Position numbers and translations under genes: made by a program | Shown: positions 7,980-17,736 of the stretch, piece after piece | Layout: every line of letters starts with the position of its first letter | Numbering within the stretch: the stretch's first letter is position 1 | Source of the DNA: Clostridia bacterium | GTDB lineage: Bacteria > CBDUZB01 > JAGLHV01 | Length of the DNA stretch: 32,142 nucleotides | Direction of reading: 5' to 3' | Assembly: GCA_030637025.1 (NCBI GenBank) | Contig: DAOVVV010000028.1 | Coordinates: 1-32,142 of the forward strand | Notes under the pieces: model-generated | Told to the model about the DNA's origin: nothing | Database searches by the model: none | Seen by the model: only the letters and a program-made list of their open reading frames with translations

Positions 7980-10097
7980 TTGAAGAAGATATTGATTGTT
8001 TTTAAATATAGTGTGGTTGTCTTTTTTTTATTAAGCGTTAGTTGTTTAACTGCTTTTGGTCAGGGAAAAAGTAGCACCACTCTTTATTTATATTTTGCTG
8101 ATGAAGGAATTTATCCTGATACAAGTGTTTTAGAAGATCCATTTAATTCTTACTCTAAATATTTGGTAAGTGATTTGGAAAGAATTAAATGGAAGCACAT
8201 AAATAGTGATAATTCGCGCGATGATTTTTATGTTTGGGCAACTTATCTTGCGTTGGTGCCCGGTGCGGAAGCTCAGTATTATACGGCAATGGCTTTGGAG
8301 AAAGCAAGTTCAAAAGAAGAAATTGTCCGGGGAATGCCTCATAAAGGACTGGTCTTCCGGGGTTTTGGTAATTTAAAGGAACAAGCAGTTAGAGCATATC
8401 AGTCAATAATTAATCATTGGCCCAAGGCAATGAGTTACGATCCCCGTCAAAAGTTATGGTGGTCTTTGGAAGAAGGTTCCCGAAAAGCTATTTATCGTCT
8501 GGGAAAAACACCCGTGGTTCATCGTCCTCTTCCTTTTTCTTTGGTTGGCGGAAAATATGAAATGAGAATGGTAACTAATGATACGACCGGTTATTATCAA
8601 TATGATTGGGCCTGGCATCCGGAGGGAGTGGAAACAGAACAATGGGGGATTAATCAATATCATTCTTTAGGAATGGATTTAGGTTTGAATTATGGCCGAA
8701 AAATTAAAGGCATTTGCGGAATAGAAATATTTGCTAACCGGGTTGCTTATTGGGATGCGCTGTCTTATCGGGAGGATAATGTCGGAGTAGTTATTTCTAA
8801 AGTAGATTTAAATTTTTATGGTGATTGGTTTGATACCTGGATATTTAAAAATGTAGGGCATTATCATTGGGGAGACATGATGGGATTTTATCGGGAGATG
8901 TATGAAACCCAATGGTCCAGGCAGTGTAATGCTTTTACTCCCCAGGGTGTAGAGATTAACGGACGGGGAATCTTGGATGGGATAACGATGATTGCCGGTG
9001 AGGATCCTATTTGGGGAAATAGTTCCGAGATCTTTTTAAAATATGAAAAAAATGTAGGATTGGCTAATTTTAAGTTAATGTATAAAGACAAACTAACCAA
9101 AAAAGAAACAGGAAAAATAGATTCTTTAACCGGGGGAATGTATTACTACGATTTTAATCCCTGGGATAATCAAATGAGTGCTTTTTCCCTGAATGTTGGA
9201 GGGGAAAGAAGAATTTCCTTGGAATCAGAAATAAAAAAGGTTAATGCGGATAATGAAAATATAGCATGGGGGGTAAAAGGAAAAGTTAAAATCATTCCAC
9301 AAAAAGCAGAAATTTCAGCACAATATATTAAAGCAGAGCCATATGCGGGAAATAAAAAAGAATTTTATTTGCAGACAAGATTTGTTCCTATACCCTGTCT
9401 TATTTTAAATAGTGATTATACCTGTCGGGAAAATATTTGGGGTGCTGCTTCTTCTTTTCCTTCTCTGGTTTTAGATAATCGGGAAGGCACAATTATTAAA
9501 GGATCGATTATCTTTGATACAACACCGGAAGTTCCTTTTCGCCTTTGGGATGGAAATTTTAATGAAGATGAAGATGCTCCTCTTGCTCTGGAGTTTGGAT
9601 ACGAGTTTGCTGATTATCCCGGATATACCGACCGCCAAAAACATTATGATTATATTCAACGTGTCTGGTGGGAAGAAGGGACCGGTAGTCAGGGGAGATC
9701 CCCGGTGAAATTAGACAAAATTTTTGCCCAGCTGCTAATAAATCCTTTTAATAGGGGAGATAGAATAATAATAAATTTTGCTACCGGATTAAAACAGGCA
9801 CAGGCAGGAGCGGATTATGTAGTAAAAGAAGAAACCCGTTTTAAAAATATTGAATTGAGTATGAAAATAGGATTTTTCAGAGGTGAAATTAATTGCTTTG
9901 TGGATGATTGGATGCCTTATCAAATAGACGGTCCTTTATATGGAATGACTTACGATGAAAGATTTATTATCTATTTAGGCCGTGTATTTGACCGGCAGGA
10001 AAAATTAAAATTGGGTTTAGAATATGAACAGGTAAATGATAGTCATGAATCAGCCGAGTATAAAGAGTATCGGCTTGTTTGTAGTTTAAAGTTTTAA
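7980..10097 (+). CDS. Predicted outer-membrane beta-barrel with N-terminal TPR-like helical domain (putative glycan porin/receptor)
   Basis: TTG start and signal peptide. Helical TPR-like part (AEAQYYTAMALEKA...QAVRAYQSII). Alternating amphipathic strands and a C-terminal beta-signal YRLVCSLKF. Confidence 0.65.
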   Translation: MKKILIVFKYSVVVFFLLSVSCLTAFGQGKSSTTLYLYFADEGIYPDTSVLEDPFNSYSKYLVSDLERIKWKHINSDNSRDDFYVWATYLALVPGAEAQYYTAMALEKASSKEEIVRGMPHKGLVFRGFGNLKEQAVRAYQSIINHWPKAMSYDPRQKLWWSLEEGSRKAIYRLGKTPVVHRPLPFSLVGGKYEMRMVTNDTTGYYQYDWAWHPEGVETEQWGINQYHSLGMDLGLNYGRKIKGICGIEIFANRVAYWDALSYREDNVGVVISKVDLNFYGDWFDTWIFKNVGHYHWGDMMGFYREMYETQWSRQCNAFTPQGVEINGRGILDGITMIAGEDPIWGNSSEIFLKYEKNVGLANFKLMYKDKLTKKETGKIDSLTGGMYYYDFNPWDNQMSAFSLNVGGERRISLESEIKKVNADNENIAWGVKGKVKIIPQKAEISAQYIKAEPYAGNKKEFYLQTRFVPIPCLILNSDYTCRENIWGAASSFPSLVLDNREGTIIKGSIIFDTTPEVPFRLWDGNFNEDEDAPLALEFGYEFADYPGYTDRQKHYDYIQRVWWEEGTGSQGRSPVKLDKIFAQLLINPFNRGDRIIINFATGLKQAQAGADYVVKEETRFKNIELSMKIGFFRGEINCFVDDWMPYQIDGPLYGMTYDERFIIYLGRVFDRQEKLKLGLEYEQVNDSHESAEYKEYRLVCSLKF

Positions 10098-10174
10098 TAA
10101 AACTAAAAGAAATAAAATCACTAATTAAAAAATGTCATGTAATTTAAATTGTGGCAGGAAAGAGGAAGGATTAT

Positions 10175-11143
10175 ATGAATGGAAAAATTTTTAAGAAAAT
10201 AAATCATGAAGCGGTAGCAGGGTATTTATTTATTTTACCCAATTTTATCGGATTTTTAATTTTTACTTCTTTACCGGTAGTTGCTTCTTTAGTGCTTAGT
10301 TTTTGCAAATGGGATTTATTTACGCCTTTACCTGAATTTGTAGGACTAAGTAATTTTATAGGACTTTTTGGTTTTCATTTTAAAGACGGATATGTTTTTC
10401 AGTCTTTCTGGTATTATTGTTCCTTCTGGCGTTATCTTATTCCTAATGACCCTGAATTTTGGTATTTTTTGTACAATACAATCTTTTTTATGATTGGTAT
10501 TCCCCTTTCTATGGCCGGGTCATTGTTTTTAGCTTTAGTAATGAATCGAAAAATAAAAGGAATTACTTTTTTCAGGACAATTTTTTTCTTGCCGACTATT
10601 TCTTCGGTGGTAGCTATTTGTTTGCTCTGGAGATGGATATTTAATACAAATTATGGATTATTGAATGTGCTTTTATCTAAAGTAGGTTTGCCTGGGCTTC
10701 CATGGCTGAATAGTACTCTCCTGGCTAAGCCATCGCTTATTTTAATGGGGCTATGGATTTGTATAGGCGGGTTTAATATGCTGTTGTATTTGGCGGCTTT
10801 ACAGGGTATTCCCCAGTATTTATTTGAAGCTGCGGATATAGACGGAGCGAATGCCTGGCAAAAATTCAAACACATTATTGTTCCGATGATTTCACCTGCG
10901 ACTTTTTTTATTTTTATTATGAGTATTATTTCCGGTTTTCAGGGTGGATTTCAAAATGCCTATCTGATGACGCGGGGAGGTCCTGCCGGGTCAACAACGA
11001 CTTTAGAATATTATATATATAGTAATGCTTTTACCTGGCATCATATGGGGTATGCCTCGGCTATTTCCTGGTTTTTATTTGTAATTATTTTTGGTGTTAC
11101 TATGTTAAATTGGAAATACGGTGGAAAAAAAGTACATTATTGA
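10175..11143 (+). CDS. Carbohydrate ABC transporter permease (MalF/UgpA type)
   Basis: EAA motif LFEAADIDGANAWQKF and TM helices. ATG 10175 follows GAGGAAGGA (track start 10151). Confidence 0.95.
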   Translation: MNGKIFKKINHEAVAGYLFILPNFIGFLIFTSLPVVASLVLSFCKWDLFTPLPEFVGLSNFIGLFGFHFKDGYVFQSFWYYCSFWRYLIPNDPEFWYFLYNTIFFMIGIPLSMAGSLFLALVMNRKIKGITFFRTIFFLPTISSVVAICLLWRWIFNTNYGLLNVLLSKVGLPGLPWLNSTLLAKPSLILMGLWICIGGFNMLLYLAALQGIPQYLFEAADIDGANAWQKFKHIIVPMISPATFFIFIMSIISGFQGGFQNAYLMTRGGPAGSTTTLEYYIYSNAFTWHHMGYASAISWFLFVIIFGVTMLNWKYGGKKVHY

Positions 11144-11151
11144 AAGTTGAT

Positions 11152-11270
11152 TAGATTTCTGCAAAAATAGCCTTATTACCTTTATTGCCTGCCCGCTCCG
11201 CCTTAGGCGGATAAGGAGGGTCATTCCTGCGGAAGCAGGAATCTATAATGTGTTGTTTTGTAGAACTATT
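11152..11270. mobile_element. MITE copy 2 (inverted relative to copy 1, internally shorter)
   Basis: Both ends match copy 1 in reverse. Flanked by a perfect 9-bp direct repeat AAAGTTGAT (11143-11151 and 11271-11279). Contains GTCATTCCTGCGGAAGCAGGAATCTA. Confidence 0.8.
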
Positions 11271-11327
11271 AAAGTTGATGTATACGGAGTAAAATAAATT
11301 ATTAATGGATAAATTAAGGGAGAGCTT

Positions 11328-12173
11328 ATGGAGAAAAAGAAAAGTTTGAAAAATCAAAAAAAGATTATGGATGTAGTCGTTTATTGTATACTTTCAGTGG
11401 TGGGAATAACTATGCTTTTCCCTTTTTTATGGATGTTGTCTACCTCATTGAAAGATTTAAGCCAGGTATTTACTACCAGTATAAATCTTATTCCGGATCC
11501 TATTAGGTGGGGTAATTATGTTAAAGCCTGGACTTCGATTCCATTCGGAAGATTTTATTTAAATAGTGTTTTTATTGCTGTAACCATCACAGCAGGACAG
11601 GTTTTTACCAGCAGTTTAGCTGCTTATGCCTTTGCCCGTTTAAAATTTCCGGGAAGAGAAAAACTATTTTTTGGTTATTTGGCAACAATGATGATTCCCG
11701 GGACAGTAACGATGATCCCGGTATTTATTTTGATGAAGGTTATGGGTTGGCTGGATACTTATAAGGCCTTAATTTTACCGGGTATGTTTACTGCTTACGG
11801 GACATTTATGTTAAGGCAGTTTTTTATGACTTTGCCTCACGATTTAGAAGATGCAGCTAAAATTGATGGGTGTGGTTTTTTTGGTATTTATTGGCGGGTG
11901 ATTATTCCTTTATCCAAGCCGGCATTAGCTACCTTAGCGACTTTTACTTTTATCTGGAATTGGGGTAATTTTATTTGGCCTTTGGTTGTAACTAATTCGG
12001 AAAAAATGAAAACCTTACCTATTGGACTTTCTTATTTCCAGGATTTACATTCTACGGAATGGACTTTACTTATGGCTGCATCTCTTATTGTGCTTATTCC
12101 GGCGTTAATTGTTTTTATTTTTAACCAACGCTTTTTTACCAGAGGAATAGCTTTAACCGGGATGAAAGGCTAA
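11328..12173 (+). CDS. Carbohydrate ABC transporter permease (MalG/UgpE type)
   Basis: LEDAAKIDG motif, AAYAFARLKFPGR, TM helices, RBS GGGAG. Confidence 0.95.
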   Translation: MEKKKSLKNQKKIMDVVVYCILSVVGITMLFPFLWMLSTSLKDLSQVFTTSINLIPDPIRWGNYVKAWTSIPFGRFYLNSVFIAVTITAGQVFTSSLAAYAFARLKFPGREKLFFGYLATMMIPGTVTMIPVFILMKVMGWLDTYKALILPGMFTAYGTFMLRQFFMTLPHDLEDAAKIDGCGFFGIYWRVIIPLSKPALATLATFTFIWNWGNFIWPLVVTNSEKMKTLPIGLSYFQDLHSTEWTLLMAASLIVLIPALIVFIFNQRFFTRGIALTGMKG

Positions 12174-12194
12174 AAATTAAAAAAGGAGGAAAGC

Positions 12195-13550
12195 ATGCAA
12201 CTATTTTTTCATAAAGGAGAGAATGGAATGAAAAAGTGCTTAGGTTTTTTGTTATTGGTTGTTTTAGGTTCGGTTTTGTTAGGAGGATGTGGAAAAAAAG
12301 AGGATGCAGAAAGCAAAAAAGTAAATATCCGGGTTGCTTTTTGGGGTGGGGTGGAAGAAAAAAAAATAATTACTGAGACTATTACTGATTGGGAAGCAAA
12401 ACAATCAAAAATAAAAATAGAGTTAGAGCATATTCCGGTTACTTCTTATCTGGATAAGGTATTAACGGAAATTGCCGGCAGAAGAGCTGCGGATGTAATT
12501 TTTTGTGATGTAAATGCTTTTGTTCCTTTTTTTTATAAGAATGTTCTTTTGGATTTAACCCCTTTAATTGAAAAAGATAAAGAATTCAAGATTAAAATAA
12601 ACGACTTTTTTCCGGAAGTTTTAGCCAGGTTTACCAAAAAAGGGAAAATATTTTGTATTCCCCGGGACACGGCGCCTTTTGCAGTAATCTATTACAACAA
12701 AGATTTATTCGACCAGTTAAAAATCCCTTATCCCACTGATGATTGGGATTGGGACACATTTTTAAAGATAGCCCAAAAAATGACTATCGATGAAAAAGGA
12801 AAAAACCCTACGGATAAAGGTTTTAATGATAAAAAAGTGAAACGTTATGGTTTTTGGTGTTGGACATGGCAGAATTTTGTTTATAGTAACGGAGGGAAGA
12901 TAGTTGATGATATAAATAATCCTACTACTTGTCTTCTAAATCAACCCCAGGCGATAGAAGGATATCAATTCTATGTAGATTTAATGAACAAATATAATGT
13001 AGCGCCTTCAGGAGATGCCTTAGCTAATATGGGTATAGGGATTGACCAGATGTTTGCTATGGGCAAATTAGCTATGTATCAATCAGGAATATGGGATACA
13101 CCTCATTTAAGAGAAATGCTTAAATTTAACTGGGATGTGGTTATGTTTCCCAAGGGGCCGGGCGGAAGGAGAGGTTTTGCTACCGGGGGTTCAGGGTATG
13201 CTATAGTATCGGCAACCAAGCATCCTCAGGAAGCATGGGAGGTAATAAAGTGTCTGGCTGGGGATGAAGGGCAGGAAAAATTAGCCGATACAGGCCTTGC
13301 TCAACCGGCTAATCGAAAAATAGCAAAAGGAGTCCATTTTGCCCAATCTTCCAGCTTTCCTTTAAATAAAGGAATGTTAAATGAAGCAGTTAAATATGTC
13401 GTTTATGATCCATTTCATATTCGTTGGAGGGAAGCACAGGATAAATATATTACTCCTAAATTGGATTTAATTAATTCCGGTAAAATATCCGTTGAAGAAG
13501 GATTTGAGCGGATAGTACCGAAAGTAAATGCTTTATTGAGGGAAGAATAA
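12195..13550 (+). CDS. Sugar ABC transporter substrate-binding lipoprotein (SBP family 1)
   Basis: Lipobox LGG-C and motifs IYYNKDLFD, P.DDWDWDTF, FAMGKLAMY. The true start may be ATG 12228 (MKKCLG); both starts have an RBS. Confidence 0.93.
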   Translation: MQLFFHKGENGMKKCLGFLLLVVLGSVLLGGCGKKEDAESKKVNIRVAFWGGVEEKKIITETITDWEAKQSKIKIELEHIPVTSYLDKVLTEIAGRRAADVIFCDVNAFVPFFYKNVLLDLTPLIEKDKEFKIKINDFFPEVLARFTKKGKIFCIPRDTAPFAVIYYNKDLFDQLKIPYPTDDWDWDTFLKIAQKMTIDEKGKNPTDKGFNDKKVKRYGFWCWTWQNFVYSNGGKIVDDINNPTTCLLNQPQAIEGYQFYVDLMNKYNVAPSGDALANMGIGIDQMFAMGKLAMYQSGIWDTPHLREMLKFNWDVVMFPKGPGGRRGFATGGSGYAIVSATKHPQEAWEVIKCLAGDEGQEKLADTGLAQPANRKIAKGVHFAQSSSFPLNKGMLNEAVKYVVYDPFHIRWREAQDKYITPKLDLINSGKISVEEGFERIVPKVNALLREE

Positions 13551-13603
13551 TAGAAAATCAAAAATTTTGAACTCAGGGTTGGTTATACATAATTCAATAA
13601 AGG

Positions 13604-14224
13604 ATGTGTATGGGAATGAAGAAGAGCAATACAGGATTTACTTTAATTGAATTGATGATTGCTGTTGGTATTGTTAGTTTGTTGGTGATGGTAGCCGTAC
13701 CCAAGTTTGCTGATGTAATACAAAAATCAAAAGAAGCAAGCACTAAAGGTAATTTAGCTGTTTTAAGAAGTGCAGTTAATATTTATTATTCAGATAATGA
13801 AGGAATGTGGCCCCAACAAAACAGAGTATTAGATAACGATGCTACCTGGCATTATGAAAGTAGTTGGCTTCCGGGAGCAACTGGCGTGGATCCCGACCCT
13901 GATCATTTTGAAACATTGATGTTAGTTCGCGATGGTGAAGGGCGTTTCAAATATATTGACAAGATTCCTAATGCTTACATTGGACAAAAATGGGTGGGTG
14001 CTGCTGGATTTAATAAAGAAGGGACCAGTATTGTAGGAACTTATCATTCGGATGTACAGACAGGGGTTCCGGGAACCGGCAGTATTTTTACAAGGGGGCC
14101 GGATACGGAATGGTTGTGGGAGGTATGGATGTATTGTTGTGATACAGGTAATGTGTGGGTTAACGCCAATAAATTTGCAGGTCCCAGATTTGATACAAGG
14201 GGTAAAGCGATTACAAGCTGGTAA
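13604..14224 (+). CDS. Type IV pilin / pseudopilin with N-methylation site
   Basis: Class III signal G|FTLIELMIAVGIVSLLVMVAVPKF with Glu5. Start may be 13610 or 13616. Confidence 0.9.
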   Translation: MCMGMKKSNTGFTLIELMIAVGIVSLLVMVAVPKFADVIQKSKEASTKGNLAVLRSAVNIYYSDNEGMWPQQNRVLDNDATWHYESSWLPGATGVDPDPDHFETLMLVRDGEGRFKYIDKIPNAYIGQKWVGAAGFNKEGTSIVGTYHSDVQTGVPGTGSIFTRGPDTEWLWEVWMYCCDTGNVWVNANKFAGPRFDTRGKAITSW

Positions 14225-14245
14225 AAGAGGGGGTATTTAAGGAAA

Positions 14246-16369
14246 ATGAGTTCAGTTAATTTAAAGAACGGTTATTTTGAAATTGATGGAAAGAAACAGT
14301 TTATTTTGTCAGGGGAAATTCAGTATTTTAGAATTAAAAAAGATAAATGGAGAAAAATGTTGGAGGGTTTGTGTGAGGCAAATTGTAATACCCTTTCTAC
14401 TTATATACCCTGGAATTGGCATGAGTATGAACAGGGAAAATTTGATTTTACCGGAGAGACACATCCCAGCAGGGACTTAGTAAGTTTTTTAAAATTAGTT
14501 AAAGAATACGGACTAAATTTGGTTATTAAGGGTGGCCCTCATATCCATGCGGAATTTTCAAACGGGGGTATTCCTAAGTGGGTTCTTTCCAGATACCCGG
14601 AGGTGCTTTGTTTAGATAACCAGGGAAAACCGACCGGTAACTATGCTTTTTATCCACCGGTAACCTATCTCCATCCTACTTATATGGAATTAGTAAAAAA
14701 ATGGTATGAAGCGTTTACCAAAATAGTGCTTTCTTCGGATAATATTATTTTATGGCAGGTAGATAATGAAGTGAGTTATAGTTTATCTTTTTTTCATTAT
14801 TCACCCGGACAGGCATTTACCGGGGATTATAATCCATTTCTGGTGGAAAATGGGCTATATCAACAATATTTAACTAAAAAGTTTAAAAATATAGAAGTTT
14901 TAAATGCTCGCTATGGAGAAAATAATACGGATTTTACTTTAGTTTCTCCTCCCCGCAGGGAACCAACTAATGAGGCAGAACAATTTAAAGTGTTTGACTG
15001 GTGTGAATTTCGGGAGAAATTAGTAGGTATGTATGTGCGTTCTTTAATAGAAACTCTCTTTGAGTTGGGTTGTCGGGGGCCTTTTAGTGTTGACGATCCG
15101 CTATTGGGTTATGATACATCCTGGAAAGGTATTTATGATCAGGTTAAAGATCCCCGTTGGCAGGTAGTTATTGGGTATACTTATTATACCGGAAATATGG
15201 AAGAGGAGTCCATAGGGTATCATCTTTCCCGTATAGAATTTACCAGAGCATCAGGGACTCCGGTGGTTTCCAACCATGAAATCCAGGCAGGAAATGTATA
15301 TTTTCTTTCCCATTGGAAACAATCTCCTTCGGATTATGATTTAATTTGGAAAACTTCTATTGGGTTTGGCAGTAATATGATTAATTTTTATTGGTTTTGT
15401 GATGGTTATAACTTTTTAGGATACGAACATTTTTTACCAGAAATGAATTTTTCTTCTCCGCTGGATAGGGATGGCAATAAAAGGTTTCAATTTGGAATAA
15501 TAAAGAAAATCGGTAAAATGCTCAAAAATTATCCGGAAATCGTAGAAACTACTCCTGATTACGATTTGGCCGTTGGATATTATCACCCTTATGCCCGGGC
15601 CGGTAAATTTAATAATTTAGAGGGAATAGGAAATTTCGAACTAAGTAAAGGAGGGGCAGTTGGTTCTTTTATCGATCTTTTAGGAGTATGTAATATTAAT
15701 TTCCAAATGCTTAATTTAGAAGCAAATTTTAAAGAAAACATTTTTTCTTTTCCGGCAAGATTAGTAGTTGTTTGTTATGAATTTTTGGATAAAAGTATTC
15801 AGAAGTCCTTACTTGATTATGTTTCTGCCGGAGGTCATTTGATTTTGTTAAATAAGATACCTCTTAAAGATGAAAACATGCAGGAATGTAAGATATTATA
15901 TGATAGTTTGAAGATAGCAAAGGTAGATTGTTTGCCTAAAGGGAAAGGGTTTTTTGAGATAAATAGAGTGGGATACAAAAATTATGATTTTTGTGTTTAT
16001 GATGATTTACAAGTATATGAATTTAATGATAAAAACTATAGTGTTGATTTAACTTCTTTTTCCTCAGGCAGAATATGTGGATTTAGCAGGAATGTGGGCA
16101 AAGGAAAAATATCGGTTATTGGATTTATTCCCCGGGTTTTTCTGGATGTTTCCAGAAATTTTGCCCGGGATTATTTTGTAAAAAAATCGCGGGATGGGAT
16201 TTTAATTTATGAACGAAAAAATAAAGATTTTTCACTTTTGACAGTCTGTAATTTACTGGAAAAAGAAGAAAAGATAAAAATAAATCAGAAAGAATTTATT
16301 TTACCTCCCCGTCAGGCGACATTTATTATTAAAAAAGGGGAAAAATATGAAAAGTGGGAAGAGGAATAA
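14246..16369 (+). CDS. GH35 beta-galactosidase-like glycoside hydrolase with GH42-like trimerisation domain (cytoplasmic)
   Basis: SGEIQYFR, TYIPWNWHE, GPHIHAEFSNGGIP, acid/base WQVDNE, probable nucleophile HEIQAG. No signal peptide. Confidence 0.8.
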   Translation: MSSVNLKNGYFEIDGKKQFILSGEIQYFRIKKDKWRKMLEGLCEANCNTLSTYIPWNWHEYEQGKFDFTGETHPSRDLVSFLKLVKEYGLNLVIKGGPHIHAEFSNGGIPKWVLSRYPEVLCLDNQGKPTGNYAFYPPVTYLHPTYMELVKKWYEAFTKIVLSSDNIILWQVDNEVSYSLSFFHYSPGQAFTGDYNPFLVENGLYQQYLTKKFKNIEVLNARYGENNTDFTLVSPPRREPTNEAEQFKVFDWCEFREKLVGMYVRSLIETLFELGCRGPFSVDDPLLGYDTSWKGIYDQVKDPRWQVVIGYTYYTGNMEEESIGYHLSRIEFTRASGTPVVSNHEIQAGNVYFLSHWKQSPSDYDLIWKTSIGFGSNMINFYWFCDGYNFLGYEHFLPEMNFSSPLDRDGNKRFQFGIIKKIGKMLKNYPEIVETTPDYDLAVGYYHPYARAGKFNNLEGIGNFELSKGGAVGSFIDLLGVCNINFQMLNLEANFKENIFSFPARLVVVCYEFLDKSIQKSLLDYVSAGGHLILLNKIPLKDENMQECKILYDSLKIAKVDCLPKGKGFFEINRVGYKNYDFCVYDDLQVYEFNDKNYSVDLTSFSSGRICGFSRNVGKGKISVIGFIPRVFLDVSRNFARDYFVKKSRDGILIYERKNKDFSLLTVCNLLEKEEKIKINQKEFILPPRQATFIIKKGEKYEKWEEE

Positions 16370-16377
16370 TTAGGATT

Positions 16378-17616
16378 ATGAAAAAGGTAGACTTGGAAAT
16401 GTGGGTTATGCCTAATGCTTCTTTTAAAACAGGGTTAACTTTTGGAGAAGAATTGAAGCATTTTTCAAAAAAATATCCTCATATAAATGTGCGAGTAAAA
16501 GTTCATACCTGGTCATCTGCATGGAAATTTATTATGGAAGCAGTGAGAACCAGGCAGGGACCGGATATTTTTCAATTAGGTAGTAGTTGGGTTAATACCC
16601 TTGCTTATTTAGGCGGATTAGCGGATATTAGTAAACCAATAAAAGAATTAAAAAAGAAAGATTTTTTTTCTCCTCTTAATAAGCAAATGGAGGAATCTTT
16701 TAAGGAAGAGAAAATATATTCCCTCCCCTGGTTTATGGATGCCCGAATACTTTTTTATCGGAAAGATATTTTTAAAAAAGCAGGACTGGAAGAAAAAGAT
16801 ATTGAAAATTGGGACTCATTTCAAAAGGCTTGCCATAAAATAGAAACACTTAAAATAAAAGGAAAGAAAATCTATCCCCTGGCGGTATCCGGGGCAAAAA
16901 GCTGGACTTTAATTCATGATATTGCTCCCTGGATTTGGGCAGGAGGGGGAGATTTTTTAAAATTTAAAGGCAAAAAGATAAGGTTGCAACAACGAGAATC
17001 TTTGGAGGGAATGAAATTTTATTTTGATCTGGTTAAAGACTACGGAAGTAAAAATGCCTTAAGGCAAAATATGGGCAAGGTAATGGAGGATTTTTTTATT
17101 TACGGGCGTTATGCTATGCATTTCTCCGGAACCTGGGTTTTTTCTGCTTTTCTTAATCCCAGTAGCCATTTATATCGAGCGGAAATTGCCCAAAATATTG
17201 GAATAGCCTTACCCCCTGCAGGGCCAAAAGGAAGATATAGTTTTTTAGGGGGAAGCAATCTGGGAATTGCTAAATTTTCTAAATACCCCCGGGAAGCATG
17301 GGAATTAATTTATTTTTTAACCTCCCCTGCTTCTCAATTGCGCTATACAAAAGCAATCAGTAATCTTCCTGTCCATTCTAAGATATTCAATGCATTCTTT
17401 TTCGAGGATGAGCAATTAGCAGAAAAAATTAAACAAATATGTTCTTGTGGCCGTATGTTTCCGCAGGTATTTTCCTGGGGAATTATTGAAACAATGATAA
17501 TAGAAATGTTGGCAGATATTTTTCACAGGATAAAAGAGGAAAAATACACACAAGCTTTTCTTAAAAAAGAGGTAAAAAAGATTTCTTCCGAGATAGATTT
17601 TGTTCTTTCTCTTTAA
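16378..17616 (+). CDS. Family 1 sugar-binding protein lacking a signal peptide
   Basis: GPDIFQLGSSW, LPWFMDARILFYRKD, PAGPKGRYSFLGGSNLGI. Begins MKKVDLEMWVMPN with no hydrophobic core or lipobox (track start 16354). Confidence 0.85.
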   Translation: MKKVDLEMWVMPNASFKTGLTFGEELKHFSKKYPHINVRVKVHTWSSAWKFIMEAVRTRQGPDIFQLGSSWVNTLAYLGGLADISKPIKELKKKDFFSPLNKQMEESFKEEKIYSLPWFMDARILFYRKDIFKKAGLEEKDIENWDSFQKACHKIETLKIKGKKIYPLAVSGAKSWTLIHDIAPWIWAGGGDFLKFKGKKIRLQQRESLEGMKFYFDLVKDYGSKNALRQNMGKVMEDFFIYGRYAMHFSGTWVFSAFLNPSSHLYRAEIAQNIGIALPPAGPKGRYSFLGGSNLGIAKFSKYPREAWELIYFLTSPASQLRYTKAISNLPVHSKIFNAFFFEDEQLAEKIKQICSCGRMFPQVFSWGIIETMIIEMLADIFHRIKEEKYTQAFLKKEVKKISSEIDFVLSL

Positions 17617-17736
17617 GTAAGATTTAGCGAAAGAGATATATAGGAGACTTATTTTCGGTTAATAGATTTTATAACTTGAAAAAAAATAACATAAACAGCG
17701 TAATATTTTATAAAGAAAAAAAGGAAGTAAACAGTA

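Noticed and set aside
11151-11357. Minus-strand 68-aa ORF
   Set aside because: Mostly translated MITE sequence and overlaps the permease start.
10175-13550. Missing ABC ATPase as a novelty
   Set aside because: CUT1 sugar ABC operons commonly share an ATPase (MsmX/MsiK-like) encoded elsewhere.
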